A stretch of DNA of 59,432 nucleotides from an uncultured Saprospiraceae bacterium (lineage in GTDB: Bacteria > Bacteroidota > Bacteroidia > Chitinophagales > Saprospiraceae): positions 1-59,432 of the forward strand of contig CAYGRM010000004.1 of the NCBI GenBank assembly GCA_964352225.1, in the 5' to 3' direction. A model generated the notes under the pieces. The model was given only the letters and a program-made list of their open reading frames with translations. It searched no databases and had not been told where the DNA came from. Numbering within the stretch: the stretch's first letter is position 1; each line of letters begins with the position of its first letter. Below are positions 16,794-26,851 of the stretch, one piece after another. A program made the translations under genes and the position numbers.

Positions 16794-17792
16794 ATGATTA
16801 AAAGAATTACTATCCTTTTTGCAATGGTCTTTTTGATGGCTAATTTAGTGAGTGCACAAACGAATGAAGAATTGCAAAAAATGTTGGATGACAAGAAAGC
16901 TACAAAGGCTACAAAAACTGCTGAGGTAAAAGCTTTAGAAGGCGAAATAGCAGACATTAAAAAACAATTAATTGTTTATCCTGATTGGAAAATAGGAGCA
17001 TCTGGAACAATTGGAGGTAACTTTTCTCAATTTGACCGATGGTTAGGAGCTGGTAATCCAAATGCTAAAATGCAAAACTTTGGTCTATCTGGTGGAGCTT
17101 TTGCTAACCTCAATCAAGAGAAATATTTTTGGAGAAATGGTTTAAATATTAATATAGCTAGAACCAAGTTGATCATTGATAAAGATGATAAAGCTTTAGC
17201 GGATACGACAGGTTTTGAAACAACTGCTGATGCGATTAATCTTACTTCTTTATTTGGTTATAAATTAAGTGACCAATGGGCAATTTCTGCACTAGGAGAA
17301 TATCGTTCAACATTATTGGAAAACTTCAACAACCCTGGATACTTAGACCTTGGAGTTGGAGCAACTTGGACACCTATTACTAATATGGTAGTCGTTTTCC
17401 ATCCATTAAACTACAACATTGTAATGGCCGATAGTGACGTAAATTATGAATCTTCTCTAGGTTGTAAAATCGTAGCAGATTATAATCAAGCACTTCCAAT
17501 GGGGATCGCTTGGAGATCTAATCTTTCTGCTTTTGTGAGCTATTCAGATACGAATAATTTCTCTAACTGGACTTGGATTAATGGAATTAACTTTACTGCG
17601 TGGAAAGGAATCGGAGTTGGATTTGAATTTGGTTTGAGAAAAAACAAACAAGAAAGTTATAATACATTTATTGCAGCTAGTGGTGCAGATCCTGAGATGG
17701 TTTTAATCGATACTTTCGAAGATCAACCTAATGCTGATAATCCTTTGCAAACTTATTGGTTGCTAGGATTGACCTATACTATTTCAAAATAA
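16794..17792 (+). CDS. outer-membrane beta-barrel protein, DUF3078-like
   Basis: 332 aa. Signal peptide, short coiled-coil region, then W.IGASGTIGGNFSQF..W and alternating beta-strand pattern. Confidence 0.5.
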   Translation: MIKRITILFAMVFLMANLVSAQTNEELQKMLDDKKATKATKTAEVKALEGEIADIKKQLIVYPDWKIGASGTIGGNFSQFDRWLGAGNPNAKMQNFGLSGGAFANLNQEKYFWRNGLNINIARTKLIIDKDDKALADTTGFETTADAINLTSLFGYKLSDQWAISALGEYRSTLLENFNNPGYLDLGVGATWTPITNMVVVFHPLNYNIVMADSDVNYESSLGCKIVADYNQALPMGIAWRSNLSAFVSYSDTNNFSNWTWINGINFTAWKGIGVGFEFGLRKNKQESYNTFIAASGADPEMVLIDTFEDQPNADNPLQTYWLLGLTYTISK

Positions 17793-17854
17793 ACAACACC
17801 CCTTAAAGGGACGCAATTTATTTTGCATCTAACCCAAACACAATTCACTACAGG

Positions 17855-17886
17855 CTCACTCCATTTTTTGGAGTGAGTTTTTTTTA
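17855..17886 (+). terminator. rho-independent terminator
   Basis: ctcactcca-ttttt-tggagtgag followed by a 9-nt T-run. Confidence 0.75.
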
Positions 17887-18027
17887 TGCAAAAAACCAAA
17901 CCTACGCCACATCTTCTTTTCTTTTTCCCTCTCATTTTGATTAGTTTTGCTCTAAGTTATTTTTTCAAAAAATAAAGCAGCAGGTAGAAATAAATTAATG
18001 TTCTACTCATCTCCAATACTTAAAATT

Positions 18028-20859
18028 ATGTCTGAAAAAAAATTATTCCTCCTTGATGGCCATGCCTTAGTTTATCGGGCACATTATTCATTTATCACTC
18101 GCCCTTTAGTCAATTCCAAAGGCATGGATGTTTCGGCAGTAACTGGATTTACTCGTTACTTATGGAATATTTTAGCAAAACAACAACCATCTCACATTGC
18201 CGTTTCATTTGACTTGAAAGGGCCTACTTTTCGACATGAAATGTTTAAAGAATACAAAGCTAATCGAGAAGCTCAACCTGAACCAATCTCCATTGCTATT
18301 CCTTACATCAAAAAAATTGTTAAAGCATTCAACATACCAGTTGTGACCATGGAAGGTTACGAAGCTGATGATGTAATTGGAACTTTGGCAAAGCAAGCAG
18401 AGAAAGAAGGATTTGAAGTTTACATGATGACGCCAGATAAAGATTACGCACAACTTGTTTCAGATAAAGTATTTATGTACAAGCCTGGTCGATCAGGAGG
18501 TGATGTTGAGATTTTAGGAAAAAAAGAAGTCCTCGAAAAATGGGATATTGAAAGAGTTGATCAAGTCATTGACATTTTAGGATTGCAAGGTGATGCGGTA
18601 GATAACATCCCTGGGATTCCTGGAATTGGTGCAAAAACTGCAGTCAAATTGCTAAAACAATTTGGCTCAATGGAAGGTCTATTTGAAAATACAGACCAGC
18701 TCAAAGGAAAGCAAAAAGAAAAAGTAATTGAGTTCGAAGAGCAAGGACGATTATCTAAAGTACTCGCGACAATTGATATAAATGTTCCTGTTCAATTTGA
18801 CGCAACAAAATATATTGTCGAACCATTCAACCGAGAAGCACTCACCGATCTTTTTAGAGAATTAGAATTTAAAACCCTAGGAAAACAAATTCTAGGAATC
18901 GAAGATGCCAATATGCCAACTACTCAAGGCAAAGCAAAAAGTAAAGGCGGTGGAACCCAGGGAAGTCTTTTTGGAGAGGCAGAACTTAAAAAACATACTT
19001 ACTCTGACAACAATGCATTTGTTCCAAAATTTGCCATTGCCGAAAAAAACATCACTAACGTTGAACATAAATATGAATTAGTTGATACCAAGGAAAAACG
19101 GGCAGCATTAATTGCGCTTTTAGCCAAAGAAAAATCAATTTGCTTCGATACAGAAACAACTGGAATCGATGCCAACGAAGCAGAATTAGTCGGGATGTCT
19201 TTTTCTATAAAAAAGCATCAAGGTTACTACGTGCCTGTTCCAGCCGATCGAGTAGAAGCTCAAAGTATTGTTGATGAATTCAAACCACTTTTTGAAAATG
19301 ATAAGATTTCTAAAGTTGGACAAAATATAAAATATGATGCCTTGATGTTGAAATGGTACGGAGTAGAAGTAAAAGGACGATATTTTGATACGATGGTCGC
19401 ACACTATTTACTCGAACCTGAGTTGCGACATAATATGAATTTCCTCGCACAATCTTATTTGGGATATGATTGTGTTTCGATCGAAACCTTGATTGGAAAA
19501 AAAGGAAAGAAGCAATTAACCATGCGTGATGTCTCCGTTGAAAAAGCAGGTGAATATGCCGCTGAAGATGCGGATGTAACATTACAATTACAACATGAAC
19601 TAGAACCGCTTCTCAAAGAAGAAGAATTAGAAAAACTATATGATGAATTGGAAGAACCACTCATCAATGTCTTGGTTGATTTAGAATTTGAAGGAATAAA
19701 ATTAGATTCAGAGTTTTTAAATATATATTCTAAAGAACTTGAAATCGAAGTCGCCGAACTCGAAAAAGAAATTCATGAAGAGGCCGGCGTGGCTTTTAAT
19801 ATCGCTTCGCCAAAACAGGTGGGAGAAATTCTTTTTGATAAAATGGAAATTCCATATCGTTGGAGAAAAACCAAAACGGGACAATATTCTACCGATGAAT
19901 CTAAGTTGACTGAACTTGCTAAAGAATATCCTTTTGTTGAAAAAATTCAAACCTATCGAGGTTTAGCCAAGTTAAAATCAACTTACGTCGATGCTCTTCC
20001 AAACATGGTTAATCCAAAAACGGGACGCATCCATTCTTCTTTCAACCAAGCTCTAGCAGCAACAGGAAGATTGAGTTCGAACAATCCTAATTTGCAAAAC
20101 ATCCCAATCAGAACTGAGCAAGGGCGAAAAGTACGGAAGGCATTTGTTCCTCGCGACAAAGATCATATTTTGCTCGCTGCGGATTATTCACAAATTGAAT
20201 TGCGACTTATTGCTGAGATTAGCAAGGACGAAGCAATGCTCGAAGCCTTCCAAGCAGGGCATGATATCCACCAAGCAACTGCTGCCAAGGTTTATGGAAA
20301 AACCCTCGAAGAAGTTACTCCTGACGAAAGAAGAAATGCCAAAACAGTCAACTTTTCCATTATCTATGGAGCTGGTGCAACTAACCTATCTCAACAATTG
20401 GATATCAAGCGAAAAGAAGCTACTGAATTGATTGCTAACTATTTTGCACAATACCATGGATTGAAAAATTACATGGACCAAACGGTGGAGTTTGCTAGAG
20501 AACATGGTTACGTAAAAACATTGTTAGGAAGAAAACGAAAACTACGTGACATCAATTCTAGAAATGGACTGATCCGAAGCAATGCAGAAAGGATTGCCAT
20601 CAATACTCCAATTCAAGGTTCTGCTGCTGACATGATTAAAGTTGCTATGATCAAAATTCATAAGGCTTTGAAAGATGGAAATTTCAAAACTAAAATGATT
20701 TTACAAGTACATGATGAATTGGTTTTTGATGTGTACAAACCTGAATTGGAAATAGTAAAACCAATTATCGAAAATGAAATGAAAAACGCCATGCCGAATT
20801 TGCAAGTTCCAATTTTAGTAGGAATGGATACTGGTGAAGATTGGCTCGAAGCGCATTAA
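18028..20859 (+). CDS. polA: DNA polymerase I
   Basis: 5'-3' exonuclease N-terminus (LLDGHALVYRAHY), 3'-5' exonuclease domain, and polymerase motifs DYSQIELR and QVHDE. The start is moved to ATG 18028. Confidence 0.95.
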   Translation: MSEKKLFLLDGHALVYRAHYSFITRPLVNSKGMDVSAVTGFTRYLWNILAKQQPSHIAVSFDLKGPTFRHEMFKEYKANREAQPEPISIAIPYIKKIVKAFNIPVVTMEGYEADDVIGTLAKQAEKEGFEVYMMTPDKDYAQLVSDKVFMYKPGRSGGDVEILGKKEVLEKWDIERVDQVIDILGLQGDAVDNIPGIPGIGAKTAVKLLKQFGSMEGLFENTDQLKGKQKEKVIEFEEQGRLSKVLATIDINVPVQFDATKYIVEPFNREALTDLFRELEFKTLGKQILGIEDANMPTTQGKAKSKGGGTQGSLFGEAELKKHTYSDNNAFVPKFAIAEKNITNVEHKYELVDTKEKRAALIALLAKEKSICFDTETTGIDANEAELVGMSFSIKKHQGYYVPVPADRVEAQSIVDEFKPLFENDKISKVGQNIKYDALMLKWYGVEVKGRYFDTMVAHYLLEPELRHNMNFLAQSYLGYDCVSIETLIGKKGKKQLTMRDVSVEKAGEYAAEDADVTLQLQHELEPLLKEEELEKLYDELEEPLINVLVDLEFEGIKLDSEFLNIYSKELEIEVAELEKEIHEEAGVAFNIASPKQVGEILFDKMEIPYRWRKTKTGQYSTDESKLTELAKEYPFVEKIQTYRGLAKLKSTYVDALPNMVNPKTGRIHSSFNQALAATGRLSSNNPNLQNIPIRTEQGRKVRKAFVPRDKDHILLAADYSQIELRLIAEISKDEAMLEAFQAGHDIHQATAAKVYGKTLEEVTPDERRNAKTVNFSIIYGAGATNLSQQLDIKRKEATELIANYFAQYHGLKNYMDQTVEFAREHGYVKTLLGRKRKLRDINSRNGLIRSNAERIAINTPIQGSAADMIKVAMIKIHKALKDGNFKTKMILQVHDELVFDVYKPELEIVKPIIENEMKNAMPNLQVPILVGMDTGEDWLEAH

Positions 20860-20934
20860 TTTAATGCATAGATTTATTTTTTCCAGATTTTTAAAATCTG
20901 GAAAAATAAATTGAGGTACTTTTAAAATAAAAAT

Positions 20935-21855
20935 ATGAAATTCAAAACACCTATTCCTCTCGAAGCAATCGCCGGAAAATACCATTGTGAAATCATTGGT
21001 GACGCTTCACTCATTGCCACAGGTATCAATGAAATTCACAAAGTAGAAACTGGAGACATCACTTTTGTAGATGTAGAAAAATATTTTCAAAAGTCGCTCG
21101 GCTCAGCTGCCTCAATTATTATTTTAAATAAAAAGGTAGATTGCCCTCCCGGAAAAGCATTGTTATTTTGCGAAAAACCTTTTGAAGTTTATAATAAAAT
21201 TATCAAAAGTTTTCGCCCTTTTGAACCGTTGAATCAAGAGATCAGCGACCGAGCTATTATTCATCCTTCAGCGATTATCGAACCCAATGTTATCATTGCA
21301 CCTAATGTAAAAATTGGCAAATATTCTTATATCCAATCCAATGTTATCATTCATGAACATACCATCATTGGAGATCATGTTGTTATCAATTCTGGAAGTG
21401 TTATCGGAACTAATGCTTTTTATTTTAAAAAATATCCAGATGGTTTCAAAAAATGGCGATCTGGCGGACGAGTGATTATTGAAGACAGAGTGGACATCGG
21501 AGCCAATTGTACCATTAGTAAAGGTGTTTCTGGAGATACTATTATAGGCGAAGGATCAAAGTTAGACTGTTTAATTCATATTGGACATGGAGTAGTGGTT
21601 GGAAAAAATTGCCTCTTTGCAGCACAAGTTGGAATTGGTGGAAAAACCATTATCGAAGATAACGTCACCCTCTATGGACAAGTTGGAGTTGCTCAAAGTA
21701 TTCGGATTGGAGCCAACACAGTAGTGCTTGCCAAGTCTGGAGTTTCAAAAACTTTAGAAGGAGGTAAAACCTATTTTGGAGCCCCGGCAATGGAAGCTCG
21801 ACAATATTATCGACAAATGGCAGCCTTGAGAATGCTCACTAAAAATAGCGGTTAA
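20935..21855 (+). CDS. lpxD: UDP-3-O-acylglucosamine N-acyltransferase
   Basis: 306 aa. N-terminal LpxD-type domain followed by left-handed beta-helix hexapeptide repeats. Confidence 0.8.
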   Translation: MKFKTPIPLEAIAGKYHCEIIGDASLIATGINEIHKVETGDITFVDVEKYFQKSLGSAASIIILNKKVDCPPGKALLFCEKPFEVYNKIIKSFRPFEPLNQEISDRAIIHPSAIIEPNVIIAPNVKIGKYSYIQSNVIIHEHTIIGDHVVINSGSVIGTNAFYFKKYPDGFKKWRSGGRVIIEDRVDIGANCTISKGVSGDTIIGEGSKLDCLIHIGHGVVVGKNCLFAAQVGIGGKTIIEDNVTLYGQVGVAQSIRIGANTVVLAKSGVSKTLEGGKTYFGAPAMEARQYYRQMAALRMLTKNSG

Positions 21856-21896
21856 TGTTTGGCGGTGAACGGTTATCCACCGTAGAGACATTAACC
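21850..21896. repeat. nested hairpin element between convergent lpxD and the K+ channel gene
   Basis: ggttaatgt ... cggtg-aacggttatc-caccg ... acattaacc. The left arm contains the lpxD stop codon. Similar ggtgaa/gttaat words continue into the 3' end of the channel gene. Confidence 0.65.
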
Positions 21897-21904
21897 CTTC
21901 ACCG

Positions 21905-22840
21905 TTAATCATTCACCATTAACTCCACATCATTTATTTTATCCAACTCGAGAACTGTTCCTCTCTCATCATCGGGACGAAACATCATTTTAAATTTAGC
22001 ATTCCAAATAATTTCATCACAAGTATAAGATGTATTTGAATAAATCATTTGATTGTAAGATTCATCATAACCTTCCAACATCACTAGAAACTCAACATTC
22101 ATCTTTTTCAAATTATCCTCTTCACTAGAATAAAATGGACTATTATGATTCAATGGATGAACAATCGTCCAACTCAATGGAAAAAGAAAAACTCGGTTAC
22201 GTTCTAATTTTAATGAAGCATATTTTCTAATTTCTCTTCCATCAATTTCTTCATGCCACGTTGCACTAATTTTTGCTTCCAAATTCATAATCTTATTATC
22301 TCTCGTATTCGCGATTCTAATCATAAATGCTTTTCCGTCTTCAAAGGGAGCAATGACTGCATGCTTGCTATAAATAATCTGAGCCTTAGGCCTTGTGAAT
22401 CGTGAAAACAATAAACCTGTGGCAACTGCTGCTGAAAGTAAACCTACCAGAGCTTCCAATGAAGCAATCCAATTAGCAGTCATTCCCACCGGACTCATCG
22501 CTCCATAACCAACCGTGGTAAAAGTTTGAACGCTAAAAAAAAATGTCTGACTAAAATTTTCCCAAAGACTTCCTGATTCCATTCCACTAAATGATTCCAC
22601 TCCAATTCGTAAATATACCATTGCGAAAATACTATTCACGAATATATAATATAAAACTACATGCATAAAAAAACCTATCCATGAAGATTCCGTCAACTGA
22701 TGATAAAGTGTCCAATTTGAATATCCCGTTCGCTCAACATTTAGGCTTCCATCTTTATTAATGAATCTTTTTTTAGAATACACTCTCGAGCCAAATCCTA
22801 AATCTTCTAGTGTCGTATCCTTCTTCTTTTTCTTTGCCAT
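21905..22840 (-). CDS. inward-rectifier-type potassium channel (KirBac-like)
   Basis: 311 aa. Two TM helices flank the pore helix and selectivity filter TTVGYG. The C-terminal cytoplasmic beta-rich domain is typical of the Kir family. Confidence 0.8.
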   Translation of the reverse strand: MAKKKKKDTTLEDLGFGSRVYSKKRFINKDGSLNVERTGYSNWTLYHQLTESSWIGFFMHVVLYYIFVNSIFAMVYLRIGVESFSGMESGSLWENFSQTFFFSVQTFTTVGYGAMSPVGMTANWIASLEALVGLLSAAVATGLLFSRFTRPKAQIIYSKHAVIAPFEDGKAFMIRIANTRDNKIMNLEAKISATWHEEIDGREIRKYASLKLERNRVFLFPLSWTIVHPLNHNSPFYSSEEDNLKKMNVEFLVMLEGYDESYNQMIYSNTSYTCDEIIWNAKFKMMFRPDDERGTVLELDKINDVELMVND

Positions 22841-22906
22841 TTTCTTCTAAAATTTTATTTCAAAAAATAAACATACTAAACTTAAAAAAGATTTTAACAA
22901 AAAAAA

Positions 22907-22943
22907 GGGAGGATGAAAATCTTAGTTTCATCCTCCCTTTTTT
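22907..22943 (-). terminator. bidirectional-type terminator downstream of the CotH-family gene
   Basis: gggaggatgaaa-atcttag-tttcatcctccc flanked by an A-run and a T-run. Confidence 0.75.
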
Positions 22944-22967
22944 ATTAAAATTTTTATTCCAAAAGTT

Positions 22968-25310
22968 TTATATACTTCTTTTGATTACTTTTCTTTTTCG
23001 GCCTCTGAAACTTAAAACAATAAAACAACTCAACAATACACCAACTGCTACCCCTATCCGTAAATACAAATCTTGTTGTGCTTTAATGATACTTTGTAAG
23101 TAAAATGGATTCTTATCATTTGGCGTTCCATATCCTCGAACAATTTCCCAATTTTCCATATCTGAGTTATCTAAATGAGGTAACAAAAGACTCATAGTAA
23201 ATACCGAATCTAAAGGAACCAGGTGGTATCCAGTACTATCTACCGAAGCGCCTTCATCGGTGTACAAACCTAGTCGTTCCTTTTTCTTTTTAATTCCAAA
23301 ACCTAAATTACCGACAATAGGCATTTTGTAATCTGGAAAAGTCTTTCGAAAGGCTAAGGTATCTTCACAAATAATGAGATAAGATTTCGGATTCAAATTC
23401 ACATTTGGAAGTTTAAATCCATTTTTAGAATCTGCAAAAATCCAGTCATTTACATTGATAATTTCCTCGCTCGCATTATAGATTTCTACCCAATCTCCTG
23501 TCTGCTTATTATTAGAACTAATCTCATTAATCATAATTTGACTCGCCAAAGGATGTTCGAATTTTTCGAAAACAGCCTTCAAGTTAGTGGTATTCCCTTT
23601 TTTTAAACTAACAATTAATTCTGGATCGTCATTCTCCGAACTCATCCCTTCCCAATGCGAAAATCGATACCCAAAGTTTGGAACTGCTCGCAAAGCAACT
23701 GGAATTCTTTCAAAATATTTACCTTCAAAAATTTCATTATCAACTTTTACATTTTCATTTAACACCACGTAACCTCCTCTTTGAGATTCTACCTGAAGAT
23801 TTACTATGGCACCTGTATTGAATTTGCCCATCAAATGCATCCGTGCATAATTCGGTCTTTCTTGCCCAAATTTTTTCATCACCTTCAATTCATACTCCCA
23901 CTTTTTTCTGCTCAATTTCCAGCGCTTTAGATGCTTATCAATTTCAGGAACCAAGATACTTATGTGTTCATCTAACTTCGCTTCTACATTCCTCGTTTCA
24001 AATGAAGTATTTAATGCATCACAAAATCGATTGATAAATTTCTTTTCAAACTCTTCATTGTTTAATAATTTTCTCAAAATAAAAGTACTCCACTCTGGAT
24101 TTGGCCAAGCTGGACCATCCTCTTTAGTATGAAAAGCAAGACTATTATTTTTATATGCTTCTTCATCATGTAACCCAAATCCCCAATCAGTATCATACAA
24201 AATCCATCTCCACTTTCCGCTAGAAGTTTGCGGTCGCCAATATTTTATATTACCTCCTGCATCTTGGTTATCGAAAAAGATCTGAGCAATCTGATAATCA
24301 ATGAAGTTTTCAACCTCCATTAATGAATTAACATAGGCATAATTTGCAGGAACACTCAAGTCATTTTCTCTCATGAATTTGAGCATCTTCTGATAATGAA
24401 TAGCACTTCCTCTTTTTAGGTTCATGCGGTGCTCCATCAGGTCTAGACTATCTTTATCGACATCCGTATGCTCTTGCAAATAGAACCGATTTACTTTTTC
24501 TCGAATATTATAAATTCCCCAATATTCTCCATTAATATAAACATGAGAAGGACGAGAATCCTGAATTTCTAAGTCCCAATCCTCTACCAAACTCGTCATA
24601 AATTTATCTCGCAAATGAGATTTCCCCCAATCACTTCCTGAGTTTCGAAGAACTAAATATTTATGTTTTTTAGGTGTTCCTTTTCCAAAAATTTTATGCT
24701 TGATTCGTTTTTTTCCATACTTATCTCGAGCGACTAATACTATTGACTTTTGGGGAAACAATCGACTCATTCCTCCAAACAATCGAAATCCAGAATTACT
24801 TCGATAAACGCAAGTTCCATCTGTTTCAAAAATTTCACAATTGATTTTCACTTCTTTTCGACTCCAAAAATTAGCTCCCAATTTAGCATAAGATGAATCT
24901 GCATCTGGCCCATCGATAAATAATCCATTCTCTTCATCAAATAAAATTCTAGGTGGAACCAACATCGACACTACTGGAAAAGTAGAAGTTTCTTCATCAA
25001 TAAAAAATGTATGCCCTTTAATATTACTCTTCCGTCTACCTTTTCGAGCAATCGCACGAATGGCTGTAGTAGATTTTATGACGATAGGTTTATCGTAAAC
25101 ATTTGAACGGCGAGTTGGCTTCGAGCCATCTGTGGTGTAGTATATTCGAGCTCCTGGAGAACGTAATTCCAAGATGACATAATCAGTATAAAATCCTCCT
25201 TTGGTAGAGAATTCCAGCTCCAAAGTTTTCGCTTTAACCGAAGTATTTTGAGAAAATCCATTCAGCTGGAATAATCCCACAAGAAGTAGTATGAGTAATT
25301 TTTTTCGCAA
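22968..25310 (-). CDS. CotH kinase-family protein with N-terminal chitobiase/hexosaminidase-C-like domain, lamin-tail domain and C-terminal TM anchor
   Basis: 780 aa. Signal peptide. GARIYYTTDGSKPT motif. CotH-like core (LRNSGSDW..INGEYWGIYNIREK). LTD-like INEISSNN..GDWVEIYN. Hydrophobic helix near the C-terminus. Confidence 0.75.
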   Translation of the reverse strand: MRKKLLILLLVGLFQLNGFSQNTSVKAKTLELEFSTKGGFYTDYVILELRSPGARIYYTTDGSKPTRRSNVYDKPIVIKSTTAIRAIARKGRRKSNIKGHTFFIDEETSTFPVVSMLVPPRILFDEENGLFIDGPDADSSYAKLGANFWSRKEVKINCEIFETDGTCVYRSNSGFRLFGGMSRLFPQKSIVLVARDKYGKKRIKHKIFGKGTPKKHKYLVLRNSGSDWGKSHLRDKFMTSLVEDWDLEIQDSRPSHVYINGEYWGIYNIREKVNRFYLQEHTDVDKDSLDLMEHRMNLKRGSAIHYQKMLKFMRENDLSVPANYAYVNSLMEVENFIDYQIAQIFFDNQDAGGNIKYWRPQTSSGKWRWILYDTDWGFGLHDEEAYKNNSLAFHTKEDGPAWPNPEWSTFILRKLLNNEEFEKKFINRFCDALNTSFETRNVEAKLDEHISILVPEIDKHLKRWKLSRKKWEYELKVMKKFGQERPNYARMHLMGKFNTGAIVNLQVESQRGGYVVLNENVKVDNEIFEGKYFERIPVALRAVPNFGYRFSHWEGMSSENDDPELIVSLKKGNTTNLKAVFEKFEHPLASQIMINEISSNNKQTGDWVEIYNASEEIINVNDWIFADSKNGFKLPNVNLNPKSYLIICEDTLAFRKTFPDYKMPIVGNLGFGIKKKKERLGLYTDEGASVDSTGYHLVPLDSVFTMSLLLPHLDNSDMENWEIVRGYGTPNDKNPFYLQSIIKAQQDLYLRIGVAVGVLLSCFIVLSFRGRKRKVIKRSI

Positions 25311-25834
25311 AAAAAGAGATATTTAACCTGTTCTAAGAAATTGTATTGGAATTAACTCCAATACTGTTTCTTTTATCAATAGAATTCATTAATAATTCGG
25401 CAAAAGCAGTACAAAATAAGCACTACTTTTAGATTATACAAGGGTTACGAAAAAGTAAGGGAAAAGTTAAAAAATCAAATATATTATTTTTTGTACATAT
25501 TTTATGATTTTTCTACTGATTTCGAGGATATCACTTTGTTTCCAGCCTATATTATATTTTCCTGAAAGCTATGATGATTCTCACCTAGGGATAAATTTTT
25601 CTTCCTTTCCTTATGAAAAGCCTAGAATACATTTTTTGTAAATCAAGAGACAATTAATTTTTCTCTTAATTAAGTGATCATTTTTTTTTAAAGTTAATTT
25701 CGGCTCAATGATTTGAAATGTTTTGCAGCCTTTGCTTTTGTTTTACAAAATAAGTTAAAACAACTTCTTTATTCAGGTGTTGCTTTTAAAATAAATCATT
25801 AGCTAACTTATTTTTTCACCTAAAATCATGATCT

Positions 25835-26686
25835 ATGAAATTGAGAATTATCTACACTTTTTTTAGTTTAATGCTTGGAGCATTTTTCCTCCTAAGTAAC
25901 TCTAGTGGTCGAGCTTCCTCACAATCTGAAGGAAACACAGGCGCACCTAACGACAATGCTGCAGGCAACCGAACCTGCCAAACTTGTCACAACAACGGTT
26001 CTTTTGGAGTAACTCCCGTTTTAGAAATCACAAATGCTGGAGGTACAGTTGTTACTGATAATTTTAATCCTGGCGAAACTTATAATGTAAAAATGACTGT
26101 CGATGCAACAGGTAATCCTGCTGGATATGGCTTTCAAATTACATCTTTAAATGCTGCTGACGGTATGTCTGGTTCACCTGTCAATACCTGGACTAACGGA
26201 AGTGGCAACGTGCAATTTGCTACTATCGGAAATGGAAGACAATATGCCGAACAAAATGGAATAAGTTCTAGTAATGAATTTACCATGGAATGGACCGCTC
26301 CAGCAAGTGGAACCGTTACTTTCTATTATGGAGGAAATGCAATAAATGACAATGGCAATACTAATGGTGATAATGCAATCATGGGCTCCATGTCAATTGA
26401 TGCAAATCCTAATTCATTGAATGAATTGGAAGAAGCTGTTGAGTTGGCTATTTTTCCAAATCCAGTAAGGGATGTTTTGAATTTGCGAACTAATGCTCAG
26501 ACTACTGAAACTTACGATTTGCAATTATTTGATCAAAACGGAAAACAAATCTCAATCGAAAGATTAATGATTCCTTCAGGTGAAAATATTGCTCCCATCC
26601 AGGTTGCTAACTTTCCAACTGGAATTTATAGTTTGATTTTATCCGATGGTAAAAATCAAATCACTAAAAAGATGGTTAAACTCTAG
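25835..26686 (+). CDS. secreted T9SS type-A cargo protein with a single CxxCH motif
   Basis: 283 aa. Signal peptide. GNTGAPND..NRTCQTCHNNG near the N-terminus. C-terminal roughly 80-aa sorting domain (FPNPVRDVLNL...GIYSLILSDGKN..KKMVKL). Confidence 0.7.
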   Translation: MKLRIIYTFFSLMLGAFFLLSNSSGRASSQSEGNTGAPNDNAAGNRTCQTCHNNGSFGVTPVLEITNAGGTVVTDNFNPGETYNVKMTVDATGNPAGYGFQITSLNAADGMSGSPVNTWTNGSGNVQFATIGNGRQYAEQNGISSSNEFTMEWTAPASGTVTFYYGGNAINDNGNTNGDNAIMGSMSIDANPNSLNELEEAVELAIFPNPVRDVLNLRTNAQTTETYDLQLFDQNGKQISIERLMIPSGENIAPIQVANFPTGIYSLILSDGKNQITKKMVKL

Positions 26687-26714
26687 TTTCGTTTTTTTAG
26701 TTTTAAAAAAATCA

Positions 26715-26750
26715 AAAGCTCTTGCAGATTCATTTTTGCAAGAGCTTTTC
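26715..26750 (+). terminator. rho-independent terminator
   Basis: aaagctcttgca-loop-tgcaagagcttt followed by T-rich sequence. Confidence 0.7.
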
Positions 26751-26851
26751 TTAATTTTACACTTCAACTATTTTGTATTTGAAAACAACTAATTACAAGA
26801 CAGTTTAACAGCATTCTGAAGATTCCACAAATCTAAATAATTCAAAAAAAT

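Noticed and set aside
17998-18027. N-terminal extensions given by the ORF track (also 3403, 29025, 48652, 51667, 52482, 52901 and 57335)
   Set aside because: Downstream ATGs give canonical N-termini or signal peptides. In two cases the extension runs through a terminator or a -7 box.
20877-20907. Hairpin after polA (ttccagatttt/aaaatctggaa) as a classic terminator
   Set aside because: The flanking T-run and A-run pair with each other, so no free U-tail is left on either strand. It may still terminate, but I do not list it as a confident feature.
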